Assembly (NCBI GenBank): GCA_005793375.1 | Contig: SXSK01000351.1 | Coordinates: forward strand, 90 to 64,089 | Origin: Verrucomicrobiales bacterium | GTDB lineage: Bacteria; Verrucomicrobiota; Verrucomicrobiia; Limisphaerales; UBA9464 | Direction: 5' to 3' | DNA: 64,000 nt | Shown here: one piece after another, positions 8,456 to 17,641 of the stretch | Layout: every line of letters starts with the position of its first letter | Position numbering within the stretch: the stretch's first letter is position 1 | The notes under the pieces: model-generated | The model's database searches: none | Told to the model about the DNA's origin: nothing | Seen by the model: the letters and a program-made list of their open reading frames with translations, nothing else | Translations under genes and position numbers: made by a program

Positions 8456-10882
8456 ATGAAACTGTTACTCAACGCCATCACGGCGCTCGCCCTTTCAGTC
8501 TTCGTCGGGGTTTCTGCAGCGGACAAGCCCGATTCTGGGGCAGGTCAGGTGAAGCCAACGAAGGTGCCCGATTTGACCCAAGGCGAAAAGATTCCTGAAA
8601 GTGCGAAGCACAACTGGAATCTAGGTGCCACAGGCCTGCGCGGCTGGATGTTTTGCGATAAAATGGTCACCTCCGACGGCCGCCAGATTGCGATTACCAA
8701 GGTGGAGAAGGGTTCTCCAGCTGACGGCGTTTTCGCGGTTGGCGACGTGATTCTCGGCGTCGGCGGCAAGCTGTTTTCCTACGACGCGCGCACCGAAATG
8801 GGCAAGGCCCTGACCCTTGCCGAATCGGAAACCGGCCAAGGTAATCTCAGCCTGACCCGGTGGCGCGCCGGCAGCTCGACGGAAGTCGTGGTGAAGCTTC
8901 CGGTGATCGGAACTTACAGCGCCACGGCTCCCTACAACTGCCCGAAGTCCAAACGCATTCTCGAACAAGGGTGCAAGGATCTGGCCAAGCGGATGGCCGG
9001 ACCCTCCTATGCTAAACGGCAGGATCCAATCCCCCGATCGCTCAATGCGCTCGCTCTGTTAGCCAGCGGTGACCCGAGCTATCTCCCGCTCATCAAGAAG
9101 GAAGCCGAGTGGGCCTCGACGTTCAAAGACGAAGGGATGGCAACATGGTATTACGGCTATGTCCTGATGTTCCTGTCCGAATACAAGATTGCGACGGGCG
9201 ATGATTCGATCATGCCGGGCTTATCACGGCTCGCGCTCGAAGCTGCCCATGGTCAAAGCGCCGTGGGCTCGTGGGGCCACAGGTTTGCTCGGCCCGACGG
9301 ACGGCTTTCCGGCTACGGAATGATGAACTCCCCCGGCGTGCCGTTGACCATTGCGATGGCGATGGCGCGTCAGGCCGGCGTAAAAGATCCAGCCCTAGAT
9401 CTGGCGATCGAACGAAGTGCCAAGTTGCTGAGGTTTTACATCGGCAAGGGAGCGATTCCTTACGGCGACCATCATCCTTGGATTGAGAACCACGAGGACA
9501 ACGGCAAATGTGGAATGGCCGCCGCCCTGTTCAACCTGATCGGTGAATCGAAAGGCGCGGAGTTCTTCTCGCGGATGAGCATCGCCTCTCACGGACCAGA
9601 ACGGGACACGGGACACACCGGGAATTTCTTCAACATCTTGTGGGCTATCCCGGGTGTCGCTCAGTCCGGCCCGAATGCTACCGGAGCTTGGATGACGGAG
9701 TTTGGGAGTTGGTACTTCGATCTCGCGCGGCGTTGGGATAACAGCTACCGGCACCAAGGCCCGCCGGAAAACGAAGAAGACAGCTACGCAGGCTGGGACA
9801 CCACCGGCGGCTATTTGCTGGCCTACGCCATGCCGCTGAAGAAACTTTATCTCACCGGCAAAATGTCTGGTGCAGTACCGCAACTCGATACCGCCGCCGC
9901 CCAATCACTCATCCTCGACGGGCGTGGCTGGAACAACAAAGATCGCTACAGTTTCTACGATGCACTGAGTGATGAACAACTGCTCGAGCGCCTTCGCAAT
10001 TGGTCGCCCGTCGTGCGCGAGCGAGCGGCCATGGCTCTGGGGCGCCGCAAGAACGCCCCCGTTGCCTCGTTGCTCGAAATGCTCGATTCTCCAAGCCTCG
10101 ACGCTCGTTATGGCGCCTGTCAGGCATTGAGTTTCCTCCACGGACGTGGAGCGCCTGCCGTGGATGTCCTGCAGAAGACCTTGGCGCATTCAGATCTCTG
10201 GCTCCGAATCAAAGCTGCTGAAGCGCTCGCTGCCATCGGCGCGCCTGCTATGAAGGCGGTGCCGCAACTGCTCGAACTACTGGCTCAGGTGGATGTGGCT
10301 AAAGATCCTCGAGGCATGCAGCAGCGCTATCTCTCCTTCGCACTGTTTGAACGCGATGGAATGCTTGGCCGCTCATTGGACGGTGTGGATCGCCCAGCGT
10401 TGTACAATGCCGTGCGGGCCGGGCTGAAAAATGAAGACGGCCGTGCTCGCGGCAGCATTGGATCGGTCTATCGCCGTCTTACACTCGAAGAAATCAAGCC
10501 ACTGCTGCCTGCCATCCACGAGGCGATCGTCCAACCGGCGCCCAGCGGCGAGATGTTTGCCGACGGGATTCGCGTGGAGGGCTTGCGTCTCCTGGCGAAG
10601 CACCACATCGAGGAAGGCATTAGCGCCCTGGTGAGATACACCCGCGATCAGAATCCATGGGAGAGCCAAATTCGCACCCCAGAGCTGATGAAGATCCTTC
10701 TCAGCTACGGGACCCACGCCAAGGCGGTCATCCCAGAACTGACCCAGATCGCGCACTACTTTGAGAAGGAGGAGAAAGACTTCCCGCGGAACCTGATGCG
10801 CATGAAGGCCAAAAGCGTCCGCGAAACGATTACTGCGATTGAAGCCTCGACGGACTCCCCGAAACTCATCCGAATTCAGTAG
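8456..10882 (+). CDS. Secreted PDZ-like + alpha-toroid + HEAT-repeat protein (I recall similar proteins labelled DUF6288; unverified)
   Basis: The start is chosen at MKLLLNAITALALSVFVGVSA (ATG 8456), 2 nt after the M24 peptidase stop. A PDZ-like segment ITKVEKGSPADGVFAVGDVILGVGG is present. C-terminal HEAT repeats are clear (SPVVRERAAMALG, LDARYGACQALS, LWLRIKAAEALAAIG). Confidence 0.7.
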   Translation: MKLLLNAITALALSVFVGVSAADKPDSGAGQVKPTKVPDLTQGEKIPESAKHNWNLGATGLRGWMFCDKMVTSDGRQIAITKVEKGSPADGVFAVGDVILGVGGKLFSYDARTEMGKALTLAESETGQGNLSLTRWRAGSSTEVVVKLPVIGTYSATAPYNCPKSKRILEQGCKDLAKRMAGPSYAKRQDPIPRSLNALALLASGDPSYLPLIKKEAEWASTFKDEGMATWYYGYVLMFLSEYKIATGDDSIMPGLSRLALEAAHGQSAVGSWGHRFARPDGRLSGYGMMNSPGVPLTIAMAMARQAGVKDPALDLAIERSAKLLRFYIGKGAIPYGDHHPWIENHEDNGKCGMAAALFNLIGESKGAEFFSRMSIASHGPERDTGHTGNFFNILWAIPGVAQSGPNATGAWMTEFGSWYFDLARRWDNSYRHQGPPENEEDSYAGWDTTGGYLLAYAMPLKKLYLTGKMSGAVPQLDTAAAQSLILDGRGWNNKDRYSFYDALSDEQLLERLRNWSPVVRERAAMALGRRKNAPVASLLEMLDSPSLDARYGACQALSFLHGRGAPAVDVLQKTLAHSDLWLRIKAAEALAAIGAPAMKAVPQLLELLAQVDVAKDPRGMQQRYLSFALFERDGMLGRSLDGVDRPALYNAVRAGLKNEDGRARGSIGSVYRRLTLEEIKPLLPAIHEAIVQPAPSGEMFADGIRVEGLRLLAKHHIEEGISALVRYTRDQNPWESQIRTPELMKILLSYGTHAKAVIPELTQIAHYFEKEEKDFPRNLMRMKAKSVRETITAIEASTDSPKLIRIQ

Positions 10883-10980
10883 AACATGAGTCCCCACCCC
10901 ATCACCGAAGCAGCGTGTGCCATCTGGCATTAAGGCTTCAGAACCGGGATGGTTGAGCTACTAAAGGAGAAGAATTAGCG

Positions 10981-11325
10981 ATGCAACCATCGATCATGCA
11001 TCTGCGCGTGACACTGGCGGCGCTGATTGCTTCGGCGTTTGGACGCGCTTCCGTTGGTGCCGCGGAGGACACTAGGGTTCGGGGGGGAACCGCGACTCCG
11101 GAGAGTCGTACGCCGAGCATGGAACGGGAAGCGGCGGTAAAGAAGCTGAAGATGCCAGGAGTGGCCATCAACCTCGAAGAGCGCTGCGTCGACATCGAAG
11201 GCATGATCTGTCTCGACAAAGGCATGCTCGAACTAGTCGCCTGCACCAAGGGGAGCAAGGAGGACGAGTCGATCGTCGCGATCGCAGCGCGGCCCATGCA
11301 TATTCACACGGCCTTCCAGCTGTAG
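10981..11325 (+). CDS. Short exported protein resembling the N-terminal half of a YdjY-domain protein; possibly truncated
   Basis: 114 aa with a signal-like N-terminus. The segment CLDKGMLELVACTKGSKEDESIVAIAARPMHIHTAFQL matches my recollection of the YdjY-domain core (LE..aC.kG.KEhES...). It stops abruptly, 92 nt before the next gene. Confidence 0.4.
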   Translation: MQPSIMHLRVTLAALIASAFGRASVGAAEDTRVRGGTATPESRTPSMEREAAVKKLKMPGVAINLEERCVDIEGMICLDKGMLELVACTKGSKEDESIVAIAARPMHIHTAFQL

Positions 11326-11417
11326 GGACGAAAGTGACACTGCGACTTCGTCCACATCCTAAGCCCGCTGCGAAGGGAAACCTTCGGAACCCGTAACTGC
11401 GAACGCCCCTTTCCGAA

Positions 11418-12989
11418 ATGAGTGAGTTCAACATGAAGCATCATCACAAAATGTACGATGCCATCATCGTCGGTGGCGGACACAATGGGTTGGTGGCGGC
11501 GTCCTATCTCGCCAAAGCTGGAAAGGCCGTTCTCCTGTTGGAAGCACATGCCGAACTGGGTGGTGCCACCACCAGCGTCAAACCATTTCCCGAATACGAG
11601 GCGCGGCTTTCGCGCTATTCATATCTGGTCTCGCTGCTGCCCGATCAAATTGTCGCGGATTTGGGCATCCGTTTCAACACGCTTGAACGTTCCGTCGCTT
11701 CCTACACGCCTTGGCACCGTGATGGCCGTGATGATGGACTCTTGATTTCCTCCGAATGGGAGGAAACGACTGCGAGCAGCTTCCGGCGGCTCACTGGATC
11801 GGACAAGGAAGGCCTTGCCTGGTACGAGTTTTACGGAGAGATCGCGCAACTGGCCAAGCGCCTCGCTCCGACGATGCTGAAGCCTCTTAAGAGGGCCGCG
11901 GAACTCCAGATCGAAATGGGATTGCCTGAGGTATGGCACGACCTGATGGAGGTCCCCATCGGAAAGGTTATTCGCGAACGCTTCAGCGACGACATTGTGA
12001 GGGGCGTCGTTCTTACCGACGCGCTGATCGGAACATTTGTTTCCGCAGATGACATGCAGGCGAACCGCTGTTTCCTTTATCACCTTATTGGCAACGGCAC
12101 CGGGCAGTGGCGTGTGCCTCAAGGCGGAATGGGAGCGCTCGTCAGCGAGTTGCATCGCGTCGCGATATCATTGGGTGTAGAAATAAAGCTCGAATCGAAG
12201 GTTTTCGCTCTGGAGAGCGGTCCGGGAGGTGTCCGCGTCGAAACGGAGTCCGGTCATACTTATGTTGCGAAGGATCTGCTGTTTGCCGCCGCGCCCCAAC
12301 ATCTAGCTCGCTTGCGCCGACGCCCTGTGCCGGATTCACTTGAGGGATCCCAATTGAAGATCAACATGTTACTGGAGCGCCTGCCGCGCCTCAAGTCGGG
12401 GGTGGATCCGCGACTTGCATTTGCCGGAACCTTTCATGTGAACGAAAGCTTCACGCAGTTCGAAGCGGCCTACACTCAGGCTCGCGGCGGGGAAATGCCA
12501 CAACCGCTGCCGTTGGAGATGTATTGTCATACCCTGACTGATCCCACGATCTTGTCGCCTGAGTTGATCGCGAAAGGTTTTCACACACTCACCCTGTTCG
12601 GCCTGCACACACCGGCAACGCTCTTCGATGCCGATTCTGAACGTGCCAAAGCACTGGCCAAGGAGCGCGCTATTGCCAGTTTGAATCAATATCTGCTCGA
12701 TCCACTTGAATCGGTCCTGGCTCCCTGTCGCGATGGTTCGCTGGCGATTGAAGTAAAGTCGCCTCTCGATTTGGAGAGGGACATTTCCTTGCCGCGAGGA
12801 AACATATTCCACCGCGATCTGGATTTCCCGTTCATGGACGGTGATGCCGGGGCAGGGGACCAGCGGCTTTGGGGCGCTGAAACCGAAGATCCGCATATTT
12901 ATCTGGCCGGTGCGGGAGCCCGTCGCGGCGGAGGAGTCAGTGGCATCGCCGGTCATAATGCGGCGATGGCACTGCTGGCGAAGGAATAG
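11418..12989 (+). CDS. NAD(P)/FAD-dependent oxidoreductase, phytoene-desaturase (CrtI)-like family
   Basis: 523 aa with the N-terminal Rossmann dinucleotide motif YDAIIVGGGHNGLVAASYLAKAGKAVLLLEA. The start could be an internal Met (MKHHHKMYD). Confidence 0.8.
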   Translation: MSEFNMKHHHKMYDAIIVGGGHNGLVAASYLAKAGKAVLLLEAHAELGGATTSVKPFPEYEARLSRYSYLVSLLPDQIVADLGIRFNTLERSVASYTPWHRDGRDDGLLISSEWEETTASSFRRLTGSDKEGLAWYEFYGEIAQLAKRLAPTMLKPLKRAAELQIEMGLPEVWHDLMEVPIGKVIRERFSDDIVRGVVLTDALIGTFVSADDMQANRCFLYHLIGNGTGQWRVPQGGMGALVSELHRVAISLGVEIKLESKVFALESGPGGVRVETESGHTYVAKDLLFAAAPQHLARLRRRPVPDSLEGSQLKINMLLERLPRLKSGVDPRLAFAGTFHVNESFTQFEAAYTQARGGEMPQPLPLEMYCHTLTDPTILSPELIAKGFHTLTLFGLHTPATLFDADSERAKALAKERAIASLNQYLLDPLESVLAPCRDGSLAIEVKSPLDLERDISLPRGNIFHRDLDFPFMDGDAGAGDQRLWGAETEDPHIYLAGAGARRGGGVSGIAGHNAAMALLAKE

Positions 12990-13114
12990 GCTTGATCAGT
13001 TCACCGGCGCGCTCCGTTGGATAGCCCGCGCCCGCAACATTGAGACATGTTGCCATGTGGTGGTTTCCTTGCTTTGAGAGTGGCAGCACGGATGCACGAG
13101 TTGCACGACGTGTT

Positions 13115-13900
13115 TTACCACCAATGAAAATCCGGCCGAGGTCGCAACGGATGCGTTGTGTCAGTGTCCGAGACGAAAAGCGTTTGCAGCTGAGGATCCT
13201 CCATCTCCTTTGGAAATTGATAAAATGACGCGTGGCTATCGCCGAAGAGCATGACATGGCCGCGTTTGCCGCGAGCATTGTGCCAAGCGCTCCGCGGATC
13301 TTCTGGCTTCCGATTGCCATGCCAGGGCACATCGCCTTGGATGATCTTGTTGGCGGGGCTGATCGCCACGAGACTGCCTTTGATCGGGAAACTCTCCGGA
13401 CTACCTCGGGTCGCTTTCGAGTCGCCGGTGACGTGTCGTGTTCGAAAGGAATTGGCTCCAAATTGCGTACGATAGCTGTTGCCGAACGCCAGAAACGCCG
13501 TCTTTTGTGGGTAGAAAAAGTCGCCGCGATCGGCCGGACATCGCCAAAGGTTCGTACCGGGCGCGTAGACATTCAACGGACGATTGGTCGCCGCTGTCGC
13601 GCCGCCATGGTGATCATCGACCACTCCCTTGGCACCGCCATAGGAATTCCATCCGCTGCAAACGGGATAGTTGTCCGCAAAATCGTCCACATAGAGTTGG
13701 AAGGCGAGGCCGATCTGGTGCTGGTTGTTGATGCAACTTGTCGTGAGTGCTTTGGACTTGGCCCTGGACAGCGCAGGCAGCAGCATGCCCGCCAAAATCG
13801 CGATAATCGCTATTACGACCAACAGTTCGATGAGCGTAAATCCGACAACCTCCGGGCGAAAATGCCCAGGAAAGCGGCTCGAGCGACATCGCTGTCCCAT
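13115..13900 (-). CDS. Prepilin-type N-terminal cleavage/methylation domain protein (type II secretion pseudopilin-like, H-X9-DG/DUF1559-like)
   Basis: It has the [33 protein letters not shown]-terminal motif and a C-terminal [13 protein letters not shown] motif. Confidence 0.85.
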   Translation of the reverse strand: MGQRCRSSRFPGHFRPEVVGFTLIELLVVIAIIAILAGMLLPALSRAKSKALTTSCINNQHQIGLAFQLYVDDFADNYPVCSGWNSYGGAKGVVDDHHGGATAATNRPLNVYAPGTNLWRCPADRGDFFYPQKTAFLAFGNSYRTQFGANSFRTRHVTGDSKATRGSPESFPIKGSLVAISPANKIIQGDVPWHGNRKPEDPRSAWHNARGKRGHVMLFGDSHASFYQFPKEMEDPQLQTLFVSDTDTTHPLRPRPDFHWW

Positions 13901-13953
13901 AACGGTGTGATCCTATTCCGGTCCGGATCATGCGGCAACAGTAATCACTGTGA

Positions 13954-13989
13954 TTTGGAGCGTGTCAGCCCGCTGCCGCTTTTCCCCCC
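13954..13989 (-). repeat. GC-rich hairpin repeat, copy A (REP-like family)
   Basis: The reverse complement GGGGGGAAAAGCGGCAGCGGGCTGACACGCTCCAAA aligns by eye with copies at 35534..35588 and 54440..54477. It lies in a divergent intergenic region. Confidence 0.6.
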
Positions 13990-14158
13990 AGCATCCAAAG
14001 CGGCGCCGGTAACTCGGAGAGGCGCCCTGTATCGAAGTTCCCAGTTAGCCACGGACTTAGGCGTTGTCTCATTCCGCGTTAATGGATGACCAAGGTCGTG
14101 TTCTGAGGCGTAACTTCTTGACGAATATTGTCGGGGTTGAATGACTGGGGTTTAGCCA

Positions 14159-17100
14159 ATGACACCGTCGGACATGCGAATTCTCAACACTCGGTTTAGT
14201 GGCTATTGGTGTCTTTGTCTGGTAGCGCTGGCGGCAGTCCTGGAGGTCGATTTCGTGGTGGCGAATGCCGCAGGACTTACGCCGGCACAGTTGGATTATT
14301 TCGAGACGCGTATTCGCCCATTTCTGGCCAACGATTGCTACGAATGTCACGGTGCGAAAAAGCAGAAGGGTGGGCTGCGTTTGGATTCACGCGACGCATT
14401 GCGCCAAGGCGGTGATTCCGGACCGGCACTGGTGCCGGGCGATGCCACCAGGAGTTTACTCATTCAGTCGATTCGGCACGAGCACTCAGAATTCAAGATG
14501 CCAAAAGATCGGCCGAAGCTATCCGATTCAGCTCTCGCGTCATTCGTTCAGTGGGTCAACGACGGAGCTCCCGACCCGCGGAATCATCCGCCGGCCTCGG
14601 AGTCGGGGTCGACCAGCGTTGTGGATTGGGCGAACGTGTTTCAGGCCCGCCGCGAGTGGTGGAGTTTTCAGCCCTTGAAGAAATCGGCGCCGCCAGCCGT
14701 TAAGGACGTCAGCTGGTCGGATTATCCGATTGATCGGTTCATCCTGGCCAAGTTGGAGAGCGGCGGGATTCGACCCGCGCCATCGGCGAGTCCGACGACC
14801 TGGCTGCGTCGTGTGCACTTCGCCATCACCGGGCTGCCGCCGACCCCCGAGGAACTTCGGGACTTCCTGGAAGACACGACTCAAGGCGGGCGAGCGCGAG
14901 TATTGGATGGCTTGCTGGCGTCGCCCCACTACGGCGAGCGTTGGGCACGCCATTGGATGGACTTAGTTCGCTTTGCCGAGACGTACGGGCATGAGCAGGA
15001 CTACAGCATTCCGCACGCCTGGCGGTATCGCGATTACCTGATCCGGGCGTTCAATGCCGATGTTCCCTACGACCAATTTGTGAAGGAGCACATCGCCGGC
15101 GATCTGCTTCAGCCCCACCGGCGACATCCGGCGACGGGGTTCAACGAGTCGCTTATCGGCACTGGTTGGTGGTACCTGCACCAGGCCACTCATGGACCCG
15201 TGGATCCCTACCAGGATGAGGCGGACCGTATCGATAACCAGATGGATGTATTCTCGAAGACCTTTCTGGGACTGACCGTCGCATGCGCCCGTTGTCATGA
15301 TCACAAATTTGATGCGATCTCCACCCGGGACTATTACAGCCTCACCGCGTATCTCCGCGGCTCACGCCAGGATCTCGCGTGCCTCGATCCGGACGGAACC
15401 CTGGAGCCACGTGTCGAGGAATTGCGCCGCCAGCATGCCCGCGAAACTGAACCATTGATTGAGCTGATGAAGCGCGTGCGCACTGAGGGCGGACCAAAGA
15501 TCGCGCCCTATCTGTTGGCTGCGCGCGAGGTTATGCACGGTCCGGCCAAGCCTGCCGACACCAAAACGAACGCTCGTACGGACTTGGTGTTGGGACAGAC
15601 CAACGTGGAGGGGATTGTCCTCACGAATTCGCCGAAAGTTGGGGGTCGGGGCTTCGTGCGACCGGTGGCAACCGTGGCGAGTGAGCGCGGGTTGAGGACT
15701 GAGATTCTGCAATCATGGATGACCGAGTTGGCTTCTGATGGAGTACGCAAACTGTCGCATCCTTTGTATTCATGGCTGACGGCAGTGGAACGTGAATACC
15801 AGGATTCATCTGCGGGCCCGAAAACGTCAGCGCCGCGAGAAAAATCGATGGAGCCAGTGCCGGCGTTGAAAGGGCGGGAACCGATCGGGTCGATGAGTAC
15901 GGCGGTTTACGAGCCATTTCCCGCGCCGAACCTCAATACGTGGTTCCCGAGCGGGCAGGCGTTCGGTTCGGGGTCAAATTTGGTCAACTGCTGGCGTGTT
16001 GACGGCAAGGAGATCGAGTTCCTTCCCCCGGGCGTTGTGCACAGCGGACGATTTGCTGCGGCACTTCAGGGAACCTTGCGTTCGCCCACCTTCACGATCA
16101 CCCACACCAACATTCATCTTCTTGTTGGAGGCCGTTCAGGACAGGTGCGATTGATCATCTCTCGCTATGGATTACGCGAGTTCAACCCGTTGCTTTTTGA
16201 ACGGACACTTTTCGACGTGAACACAGATGGCCGATTCACCTGGCACTCGATCAACTCAGGGCTTCATCGGCACATTGGGCGGCCGGCTTATTTTGAACTC
16301 GTCGATCAGGGCGACGGCTTCGTGGCACTGGAGCGCATCGTCTTTTCGCCGAGTGCTAAACCGCCGCCCGACGATCCAGTGATCCCGCTTTCTCCGAGCA
16401 GCACTTCCATGGAGCAGGTCGCCAAACTGGAAGTGGCATTTCACCATGCCTTGGATTCGTGGATCCGCGGTGAACCGGAGTCAACGTCGACTGGATGGTT
16501 GTCGTGGCTGTCGAAAAGCCGGCTAGTGGATTGGGGGACATCCGCCGCGGAAATCGCCGGTATCGTCGGCCGGGTCGGCATTGCTCTGGAGGGTTTGCCT
16601 CAGCCGATGCGCGTACTGGCCATGACCGACGGCAGCGCGGAGCCCACGCGAGTCTTTATTCGCGGTGATCCTAAAACCCCGGGAGCTCTGGTGTCCCGGC
16701 GTGTTCCTGAAGCGATGACTTACTTGACTTTCGCTTCCGTTGTCGACGGGAGTGGCCGCCTGGAACTTGCAGACTCGATACTCGCGGAGTCCAATCCATT
16801 TACCTACCGCGTGATCGTCAATCGCATTTGGGCGCATTTGTTTGGCCGTGGATTGGTGTCGACGGTCGACAATTTGGGAACGATGGGTCAGGCCCCGTCC
16901 CATCCGGAGTTGCTCGACTATCTGGGCCTGACTTTTCGCGCGGATGGGGGTTCGATTAAGCGATTGATCCGAACTCTTTGCCTGACCCGGGCATTTCAAA
17001 TGTCCAGCGTTCCGGAGGATCCCGTTGCGGAAGCCCGTGATCCGGACAATGTACTTCTGCATCGGATGCATCTGCGTCGCCTGGAAGGTGAAGTCATTCG

Positions 17101-17641
17101 CGATAGCCTGCTGGTGATCGCCGGGCAGTTGAATCGCGTCCAGTTCGGCCCATCCGTGCCGACCTACTTCACGCCGTTTATGGGCGATCGCATGTGGGTC
17201 AGAAGCGCGAGTGGCCCCATGGACGGTGATCGGCGGCGTACGATCTACCTCGAGACTCGCCGTAATTTCCTATCGTCCTGGATGCTGACGTTTGATCTGC
17301 CGTTGCCGGAGACCACCGTGGGGCAGCGGAATCGGTCTAACGTTCCAGGCCAGGCGCTGGCGTTGATGAATGATCCGTTGGTTCAACAGCAAGCCAGTGC
17401 CTGGGCCAAAGAGAGTTTAAAGCAGTCCAACCTCTCCGACAGTGAACGGATCAAACAATTGTTTCTTCGCGCTCTGGCGCGCCCGCCGAAGAATCCGGAA
17501 CTCGATCAAATGCTCGATCTGCTCAGGACGCAAGCCGCAGCCCGTGAATTATCCGGTGATTCCGCTCGACTGGATCCAGCGTTGTGGACGGACGCCTGTC
17601 ATGTTGTTTTTATGATGAAGGAGTTCATTCATGTCCCCTGA
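14159..17641 (+). CDS. PSCyt1 / DUF1549 (PSCyt2) / DUF1553 (PSD1) planctomycete-cytochrome-C-type exported protein
   Basis: 1160 aa. The N-terminal CYECHGAKKQKGGLRLDSRDA is the PSCyt1 signature. WLRRVHFAITGLPPTPEE and CARCHDHKFD are DUF1549 signatures. The C-terminal NRIWAHLFGRGLV ... LALMNDP is DUF1553-like. Confidence 0.85.
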   Translation: MTPSDMRILNTRFSGYWCLCLVALAAVLEVDFVVANAAGLTPAQLDYFETRIRPFLANDCYECHGAKKQKGGLRLDSRDALRQGGDSGPALVPGDATRSLLIQSIRHEHSEFKMPKDRPKLSDSALASFVQWVNDGAPDPRNHPPASESGSTSVVDWANVFQARREWWSFQPLKKSAPPAVKDVSWSDYPIDRFILAKLESGGIRPAPSASPTTWLRRVHFAITGLPPTPEELRDFLEDTTQGGRARVLDGLLASPHYGERWARHWMDLVRFAETYGHEQDYSIPHAWRYRDYLIRAFNADVPYDQFVKEHIAGDLLQPHRRHPATGFNESLIGTGWWYLHQATHGPVDPYQDEADRIDNQMDVFSKTFLGLTVACARCHDHKFDAISTRDYYSLTAYLRGSRQDLACLDPDGTLEPRVEELRRQHARETEPLIELMKRVRTEGGPKIAPYLLAAREVMHGPAKPADTKTNARTDLVLGQTNVEGIVLTNSPKVGGRGFVRPVATVASERGLRTEILQSWMTELASDGVRKLSHPLYSWLTAVEREYQDSSAGPKTSAPREKSMEPVPALKGREPIGSMSTAVYEPFPAPNLNTWFPSGQAFGSGSNLVNCWRVDGKEIEFLPPGVVHSGRFAAALQGTLRSPTFTITHTNIHLLVGGRSGQVRLIISRYGLREFNPLLFERTLFDVNTDGRFTWHSINSGLHRHIGRPAYFELVDQGDGFVALERIVFSPSAKPPPDDPVIPLSPSSTSMEQVAKLEVAFHHALDSWIRGEPESTSTGWLSWLSKSRLVDWGTSAAEIAGIVGRVGIALEGLPQPMRVLAMTDGSAEPTRVFIRGDPKTPGALVSRRVPEAMTYLTFASVVDGSGRLELADSILAESNPFTYRVIVNRIWAHLFGRGLVSTVDNLGTMGQAPSHPELLDYLGLTFRADGGSIKRLIRTLCLTRAFQMSSVPEDPVAEARDPDNVLLHRMHLRRLEGEVIRDSLLVIAGQLNRVQFGPSVPTYFTPFMGDRMWVRSASGPMDGDRRRTIYLETRRNFLSSWMLTFDLPLPETTVGQRNRSNVPGQALALMNDPLVQQQASAWAKESLKQSNLSDSERIKQLFLRALARPPKNPELDQMLDLLRTQAAARELSGDSARLDPALWTDACHVVFMMKEFIHVP

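Noticed and set aside
13232-14089. 285-aa plus-strand ORF opposite the pilin-like gene, running into the intergenic repeat
   Set aside because: It is antisense to a gene with an unmistakable prepilin N-terminal motif, and its 3' part merely translates the repeat element.
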